This document shows positions 29,402 through 36,600 of a DNA stretch of 64,000 bases, one piece after another (the first letter of the stretch is position 1; each line of letters starts with the position of its first letter). The notes under the pieces are model-generated. The model was not told the origin of the DNA. It saw nothing but the letters and a program-made list of their open reading frames with translations, and did no database searches. Source of the stretch: a virus; the IMG/VR virus record IMGVR_UViG_3300027821_000007, positions 27,504 through 91,503 of that record; one strand, 5' to 3'. A program made the position numbers and the translations under genes.

Positions 29402-29785
29402 ATGGCCATTCTTCCCGCTGACAAGCTGAAGCGCCTGATCCAGTTCTGCGGCATGCTCGGCAGCGATTTCCCCGGCGAACGGGCGAACGCGGCCAAGATG
29501 GCCAACGACCTGTTGCGCGAGCACAAGCTGACCTGGGAAGAAGCGCTGGGCGGCGCCAAGCCGAACGGAGCGAACCCGTTCACGCCGCCGCCCCCGGGTT
29601 GGAAATCGTCGAAGCCGGTGGCCTGGCGCGAGCAGGCACGCGAGTGCCTCGAATATCCCAGCGAAATGAGCTCGTGGGAGGCCGAGTTCCTCGCCTCGAT
29701 CCTGAAGCAACCCCGGGCCACGTTGTCACCCAAGCAGGCAGCGGTCCTCGACAAGATCTACGGGCGGCTTTTCGACGCCGATTGA
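29402..29785 (+). CDS. hypothetical phage protein
   Basis: GMLGSDFPGERANAA...WEAEFLASI...LSPKQAAVL pattern. Confidence 0.7.
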   Translation: MAILPADKLKRLIQFCGMLGSDFPGERANAAKMANDLLREHKLTWEEALGGAKPNGANPFTPPPPGWKSSKPVAWREQARECLEYPSEMSSWEAEFLASILKQPRATLSPKQAAVLDKIYGRLFDAD

Positions 29786-29829
29786 GGAAAAGTTGCTTTT
29801 GTTTCAGTCATCGGGCAAAACTTGACTTC

Positions 29830-29854
29830 AAGCGGCCAGAGGGCCGCTTTTTTT
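29830..29854 (+). terminator. Rho-independent terminator
   Basis: AAGCGGCC-AGAG-GGCCGCTT followed by a T run. Confidence 0.75.
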
Positions 29855-29870
29855 GTGGGTTCAGTGCCGA

Positions 29871-32093
29871 TTGTCCCTGCTCAAACATAGTCCGGGCGCG
29901 CCCCTGACGCCGGCGGAATTGATCCAGCGGCGCAATGCCGCGCGTTCGCGCTGGAAGGCCGGCGGGGTGCAGGCTGGCGTTCTCGCGGCAGGCGGCGGCG
30001 TCGGCGGGGGTATCGGTGCGGGCGTCGGCGCCTACCACGGACTCAAGGAAGCTGGCGCGCGCGAATTCAAGCGCCGGTCGCAGGCTTCGGCCGAGGCCGA
30101 GGCGGCGTTCCGCACCAAGGCGGTCGAGGCGCAGCACGAGATCAACGCCGCCAGGCGCGCGTTGCGGGAGGCGCGAACCCGCGATTGGATGAAGCAGTAC
30201 AATCGCTGGGCCGAGCAGCTCCGCGAGACGGTGCCGAAGCAACGGGGCAAGAAGCAGCCGAAGAAGACCCTGATCGAGGCGATGTACGGTTCGGAAACCG
30301 TGCTCGAGATGAAGGCGCGCAAACTCGTCAACGAACGCAACGAAATGGGCATGGCGGGCGGCGCGCCGCGGATGACCAACGAAGAGGTCCACGAGACCTA
30401 CAACGAGATCCTGAACGATCTGAAGCGGCAGGCGCGTCCGGCGCCCGCGGTCGAGTTCAAGCCGTTCCGGCCGATTATCGGCAACAAGCAGAACAAGCTC
30501 ATCTACGACCGCGAGATCTGGGACCTGAAGGAGAAGAAGCTCAAGCCGGCGATAGCGTGGCGGGAGCGGTTGATCACCAAGGAGGTCCTGGCCGTTGGCG
30601 GCGATCCGACCAATGCGGCCGAACGCGCCGAAGCCGCCGCGACAAACGCGGTAAGGCCGGCACATCTCGAGATTTCCGACATCAACCGGCAGATCAAGGA
30701 TTTCGAGGACCTGAAAACCCGCGGCTTCCGGCGTCAGGCGCGCTCGGGCCATGTCCAGCAACGCAAGACCGGCAAGGTCAACATCGCCCCGCAGATCGTC
30801 GAGCAGCATCGCGGCGGCGACACTGTGGCCGGGATGATGGGTCGGCGCAGTAAGAAGAAGGCCAAGATCGAAGCGGACATGAAGCGGTTCCTGGGGCGGC
30901 ATGACCTCCAGACCGCGCGCCGGGTCAAGGAACTCGAGCGCCACATCGCCGACCGACTGGTGAACGAGGCGAAGATCGAGGCCGGGTTTCGCCAGTTCAA
31001 GCAGCCGATCTGGGAAGCTGGCCCGGCCGCCGCCAAGGCCGGCGCGATCCATGGCGGCAAACTCGGCGCCGCGATCGGCCTGACCGCCGCCGGGGTTTCG
31101 CTGCTGGCCTACCACGCCGTCAAGGCGGTGCATCGCCGGCTCAAGAAGTCCGCCGACGGCCTGCCGCTACTGGCCAAGGCGGCCACGCCCGAGGACGAGG
31201 CGTCGATCAGCCTGGCGCGGGCCTATCGTCGCTGGATCGATCGCCTGCTGGGCCTCGACGAACGGCCGATCAATTTCGGCGACGGCTTCGCCGAGGCGCT
31301 GGCCCCGTTGATCTCCGACTCTTTCGCCAAGGGATTGACGACGGCGCCGGTCGTCCAGCCGGACGATCCGCGCTACCGCATCGACGTCGATTTCGACCTC
31401 TTCGATCCGGCGCAGGAGCGCCACATCGCCGAATACGCGCTGCGCCAGATCGTCGAGATGAGCAACGCTCAACGCGAGGCGATCCGCGCCGCGGTGCGCG
31501 ATCAGTCGGTGCTGGAAGGAATTGGTCCGATCGAGGTCGCGCGCACCATCCGCCAGGCGATCGGCCTGACCACCTACCAGCAAAGCGTCGTGGCCTCTTT
31601 CCGTACCCAACTCGACCAGCTCGACCCGCGCGCGCTCGAGCGCGAACTGCGCGACAAGCGCTACGACCGCACGCTGCGCGCCGCGATCGCGAGCAACACG
31701 CCGCTCGATGCCGACAAGATCAATGCCATGGTCGACGCTTATCACCGCCGGATGCTGGCGTTGCGGGCGCAGACCATCGCGCGCACCGAATCGATCCGGG
31801 CCGAAAGCTATGGCGGCCTGTCGCGGGCGCAACAGATCCTCGACCAGAACCCGGAGCTCGAGGTTACCAAGCGCTGGCTGGCGACGGCTGACAACCGTAC
31901 CCGCGACACCCACCGCGACCTCAACGGCAAGGAGGTCGACGGCATGACCACGCATTTCATCACCTCGGCCGGCAATCAGATCCGCTGGCCGCTGGATGAC
32001 ACGGCGGCGGCCGACGAGGTCATCAACTGCCGCTGCACGCTGCAATACATCTTCAAACCGAGACGGGGGCATCTCATGGCGGTCGCGGCATGA
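29871..32093 (+). CDS. head morphogenesis (MuF/SPP1 gp7-like) protein with ~430-aa N-terminal extension
   Basis: C-terminal RAQTIARTE...KRWLATADNRTRDTH..LNG...RWPLD....DEVINCRC; start TTG 29871 (or 29853) uncertain. Confidence 0.85.
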   Translation: MSLLKHSPGAPLTPAELIQRRNAARSRWKAGGVQAGVLAAGGGVGGGIGAGVGAYHGLKEAGAREFKRRSQASAEAEAAFRTKAVEAQHEINAARRALREARTRDWMKQYNRWAEQLRETVPKQRGKKQPKKTLIEAMYGSETVLEMKARKLVNERNEMGMAGGAPRMTNEEVHETYNEILNDLKRQARPAPAVEFKPFRPIIGNKQNKLIYDREIWDLKEKKLKPAIAWRERLITKEVLAVGGDPTNAAERAEAAATNAVRPAHLEISDINRQIKDFEDLKTRGFRRQARSGHVQQRKTGKVNIAPQIVEQHRGGDTVAGMMGRRSKKKAKIEADMKRFLGRHDLQTARRVKELERHIADRLVNEAKIEAGFRQFKQPIWEAGPAAAKAGAIHGGKLGAAIGLTAAGVSLLAYHAVKAVHRRLKKSADGLPLLAKAATPEDEASISLARAYRRWIDRLLGLDERPINFGDGFAEALAPLISDSFAKGLTTAPVVQPDDPRYRIDVDFDLFDPAQERHIAEYALRQIVEMSNAQREAIRAAVRDQSVLEGIGPIEVARTIRQAIGLTTYQQSVVASFRTQLDQLDPRALERELRDKRYDRTLRAAIASNTPLDADKINAMVDAYHRRMLALRAQTIARTESIRAESYGGLSRAQQILDQNPELEVTKRWLATADNRTRDTHRDLNGKEVDGMTTHFITSAGNQIRWPLDDTAAADEVINCRCTLQYIFKPRRGHLMAVAA

Positions 32094-33595
32094 ACCCGAA
32101 CAACCTTGGCCTGCTGGTGCCGGATCTCTTCGAGATCGGTGGGCGCATCTACGCCGGGCGGCAGAACCAGGACCAGCGTCCCCACAACGTCACCACCGCC
32201 ATTCCGAAACCTCCCAGGCGCAGGAAGCCTGGTTTCATCAGCAAGCAGGAGGGTCCCGTGACCACAGAAACCACTGATCAGGCCGAGACCCAGCAACTGC
32301 TGGATGACGAACTCGCCGCCTTCGTTGATGCCTGTCCCACCCCGGAGCGCAAGGCCGAGCTTCTGGTGAAGATCGGGTTCTATCGAACCGAACTCGCCAA
32401 GCAGGCCAACATGCTGGCCGACGTCGATGAGAACCTTGCCACCGAGGTGGCCGAGGAATGGTTCGCCGCCGGCGACGAACCGCTCAAGCGGGCGATCTGG
32501 AATTCGGCCGCCGGGTCGGAAGAGATCCCACTGCGCAAGCAGGCCCCGATCCCGGCGCCCGAGCAGGCGCTGGCGAAGATGGTCGAGGAGGCGCTGAACG
32601 ACAACGTCCGCGCCCACCTGCTGCACAAGATCGGCAGCTACACCAGCGAGTACCACAACATGATCCACGGCTTGTATGGCCAGCCCGACGACCGCGTCGA
32701 GGCAGTGGTGGAGGCGTGGCTGACCGCTGATCCGGCCGAGACCCAACTGAAGAAGAACATCCTCGACGCCGAGATGCCCTCATCCGGCAAGCGGATCTAC
32801 GCCCAGGGCGTGCAAGCCGGCGACGTGGTGGATTCGCTGGCCGGCAACGCCTCGACCTACGCTGGCTCGAAGCTGCACGGCAGCGAGACCAATTCGGACG
32901 GTGCGATCAAGCGCACCATTCCGCACCGTGGCAGCGGCCCCGGCGGCGGCAGCCGGGTCGGCAACAGCAAGGCGATGCCGGGGCAGACCGGTGGCGAAAG
33001 CCCGAGTCCGGGGTCGGGCACAGCCGGGCCAGAGGGTGGCGCACCCAACCTGCAGCCCACTACGGTGCTCCGTCGCAGCGGCACAACTGGCGGCCTGGGC
33101 AGCGTGGCCGGGGCCGATGGCGGCAGTGGCGCCGCGACAGTGCAGAACGACGAGACCCGCGGCGCGAGCCAGTGGAACGGCAAGAAGGGCAAGAAGAAGG
33201 TCAGCAAGTCCGACGACGACGTCGAGTACGACGAGATCGAGAAGGCCGATTTCATCGCTGACCTGATGAAGATCGCGCCGGACGAGATGGTCGAGGCGAT
33301 TCTCGAACTGGACGAGGACGACCAGGGCGCCGCGGCCGAAATCGCCGCCGACCACGCCGCCGACCTGCTGGCCTGGACCGCGATGGAAGTGCCCGAGGAG
33401 GGCCTCGCCAAGCGCGATGTCGACGCCTCGGTCACCGAATGGCTGATGGAGAACCCTGACCAGATCCAGTTGAAGAAATGGGTCACCGAGGCGCTGGCCT
33501 CGGCGGAGGAGATCCCGCTCGACCTCGCTCAGGCGATCATCGACTGGGAACCGGAGGTGACCTCGCGCGTATCGGTTCGCCGCGACGCGGCCTGA
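32090..33595 (+). CDS. acidic head-associated protein with internal helical repeats (scaffold-like)
   Basis: ATGA coupling; alternative GTG 32258 with SD AGGAGGG; repeats LLxKIGxY and EW...LKK. Confidence 0.65.
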   Translation: MNPNNLGLLVPDLFEIGGRIYAGRQNQDQRPHNVTTAIPKPPRRRKPGFISKQEGPVTTETTDQAETQQLLDDELAAFVDACPTPERKAELLVKIGFYRTELAKQANMLADVDENLATEVAEEWFAAGDEPLKRAIWNSAAGSEEIPLRKQAPIPAPEQALAKMVEEALNDNVRAHLLHKIGSYTSEYHNMIHGLYGQPDDRVEAVVEAWLTADPAETQLKKNILDAEMPSSGKRIYAQGVQAGDVVDSLAGNASTYAGSKLHGSETNSDGAIKRTIPHRGSGPGGGSRVGNSKAMPGQTGGESPSPGSGTAGPEGGAPNLQPTTVLRRSGTTGGLGSVAGADGGSGAATVQNDETRGASQWNGKKGKKKVSKSDDDVEYDEIEKADFIADLMKIAPDEMVEAILELDEDDQGAAAEIAADHAADLLAWTAMEVPEEGLAKRDVDASVTEWLMENPDQIQLKKWVTEALASAEEIPLDLAQAIIDWEPEVTSRVSVRRDAA

Positions 33596-33619
33596 TCCGT
33601 CAGTGATGGAGGTCCATCG

Positions 33620-36600
33620 ATGACGGAGTTCACCTTCTTCCTGCCGCTGACCAAGGCGGACGAGGAAAAGCGTCTGGTGTGGGGACGGGCGGCGGTCGAG
33701 GAGCCGGATAAGTCCAAGGAGATAATGGATTATCTCTCGGCCAAGCCCGAGTTCCAGAAATGGAGCGACGGCTACTCCAAGGCCACAATGGGCAAGAGCT
33801 TCGGGAACATCCGCGCGATGCACAACCCGAAGCACCTCGCCGGCAAGGTGGCCGAGATCGTCTACAACGACGACGCCAAGGCGGTGGATATCTGCGTCAA
33901 AGTGTTGGATCCGGTCGACTGGGCGAAGGTCGAGGAGGGCGGCTACACCGGCTTCTCGATCGGCGGCGGCTACGTCAAGAAATGGGCGGACCAGGCCTCG
34001 GGGTGCACACGCTACACCCCGCGCATCCAGGAGATTTCGTTCGTCGACAGTCCGTGCATCCCCGGCGCGCGAATCATGGAGATGCAGAAGCAGGACGGCA
34101 GCCTCGAGGAGGTCCTGCTGAAAGGTGTCCCGCGCAGTTTCGCCGAACTGCTGCCGCCGCCAAGCTTCGCGCAGTTGCGCAAGGGCATCGCCGGGGAACT
34201 GGCCGGCAGCGTTGCCGGCAACTTTATCGGCAGCAAGATCGGCGCGGTGGCGGGATCGGCGCTGGGCCCGGCCGGAACGGCGGTCGGCCATGTCGTTGGT
34301 GGTGAAATCGGCAGCATGGCGGGCAGCGCGCTCGCCGGCGCTAAGGCGCCATCGATGGCGGAGGCGGCGCAGGTGGCGGGAGGAAAGGCCCCCTCCAGCA
34401 ACCTGAGGATCCCCAAGGCGCCGAAACCCAAGCAGGGGTTTCGCATGTCGAGCACCTTCAAGGGTGCGCCGGATGGCGGCATGGTCAAGCGTTGGGATGT
34501 CTCCAAGCATCCGCGCGAGCATACCGGCGCGTTCGCCAGCAAGACCGGCGAGAAGGTCGGACGGTTCACGCTCGGTGGCGCCGGCGCGGTCGGCGGCACG
34601 CTGCTTGGGCTGAAGCACGGCGAGAAGTTGGGCACGCAAGCTGGCCTCCATGCGTCATCGCTCTACCACCGCATGAAGGGCAGTCCCGGGTTCGCCGCCG
34701 GCGTGAAGGCCGGGGATATCGGCGGCTGGGCGGGCCGTCGCTATGGGGGGTTGATCGGCGCCGGCGCCCTCGGCCTCGGCGGCGCCCTGGTGGGCGGTGC
34801 AGGCGGAGCGCTGCTCGATACCGCCATGCGGCGGCGGCGGGCGAAGAAGGCAGGGCGGCTCGAAATCTACCACCGGTTGAACGCCAAGACGTCGGCGCGG
34901 CCGAACAGCTTCAAGCAGGTGAAGGCGTCCACGATGCGCGCGGTGAGCGCGGGCAAACGCGTGCGCGGCATTGCCGACGCGGTCATGGGAAAGGGCCACG
35001 CCATGGATAAGCCGGTCGAGAAAGGCCTTGGCGGTGCGGCGCTCGGCGCCGGGCGGGCGTTGGGCGCGGCCGGGTTGGCGATGGGACGCCATGCCGGGAT
35101 CAAGGTTCTTCCGCACTATATCGGCATGGCCGGCGCCGCGGCCGGCGTGAAGGCGGGTTTCCAGGGCGGTCGCCGGCTCGGGGCGAAGATCGCGGACAAG
35201 ATGATCGCGCGCAACCAGGCCAAGGGGATCGGGCCGATCACGGCGACGGCCGGCGCCGGCAAGCCCGGCCTGATCCGGCACGGCGAGAAGATCGTGCGCG
35301 GGGTTGGCGAGCAACTGACATCGCGGCAGAAGAAGATCCTGCTGGGCACGGTGGCGGGCACCGCAGTTGCCGGCGGCCTTGCCGGCGGGGTTGCCGCCCA
35401 TCAGGCGTCCCACCACACCGTCAAGCATATCGACAAGAAGCTGACCCAGCGTTTCGGCCGGCCACGCGCGCCGGGCGAGCGGATGCAGTTCGACGCCAAG
35501 AAGTCGGCCCCGACCGGCAAGATGAACAAGTTCATCGTGCCGCTTGCGTTGGGCGTCGGCGGCGCAATGCTGGGAGGCCACCTCGGCGCAAAGGGCGGAG
35601 CGCGGTTGGCGGCTCACGGCCTCCATCGGCGCATGCTTAGCGGTACTGCCAGTCATTATGACCTTACCGGCGCGCCGATCTTTACCGGCGCGGGGACTGG
35701 CGGCGTTGGCGGCATGATCAGTGGCGGCGGACTTGGCATCCATATCGGCCGCAAGATCGAAAACCGCGACGGCAAGGCCAAAAAGCAGGAACGGCGCGGC
35801 GATCTCGACAAGGCGTTCGGAGCGAAGCTTGCGCAGGGCGCGATGGCGGCGTTGCGCAAGCCAGGACGCGTGGGCGAAAGCATTGGCGCGAAAGTAGGAC
35901 AGCGTGTTGGCAGCAGAATGTTCACTGCCGCCAAGGCCCGCGGAGCAAGCGACCACGAAGCAGCCCAACGCATGTGGCGCGCGATGGGCACCGGACGAAC
36001 CGTTGGTCGTAACGTCGGCCATGGTCTCGCAGCCGGCGGCGCGGCCGCGACCGGCCTGGGCATCGCCGCCATGTCGCGGCGCCGCAATGCCGAGAAGCAG
36101 GAGCGTCGCGGTGATCTCGACAAGGGGATCGGCGGGTCGATCATGCGCGGCGCGCTCAACGCCATCGAAAGCCCGACCGGGCGCAAAGTCATCGGTAGCC
36201 TGGGCCAGGCCGGACGTTCGGTTAAAGGAGCCGCGACGTCGTTGGGGCAGAAAGCCAGCGGGGCCGCGACGTCGTTCAGGCAGAAGGCCACCGGCATGGC
36301 CAGTTCCGCCATGGCGAGCCCGGCCGGACAGTCGGTCGCGGCGGCCGGCAACAAGGCGAGCGGCATGGCGCGGCGCGGGGCGATGAAAGCGATCAACAGC
36401 CCGATAGGCGCGCAGACCATTAAAACCGCAGGCAAATTTGGGCAAACGATTGCCGCGCATCCTCGCGCCGCCACGGCTGTCCTGGCGACCGGGGCGGCAG
36501 GATATGCCCTAGGGCAGCGCCGCGGCCGGTCAGAAATGTCGGACAAGCAGGAACGTCGTGGCAATCTCGAGAAAGGCATGATCGGAGCGATCGGCCAAGG

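Noticed and set aside
35783-36574. Repeat-spacer pattern as a possible CRISPR array
   Set aside because: Repeats are in-frame, differ mostly at synonymous sites, and are separated by 280-420 nt; no cas genes.
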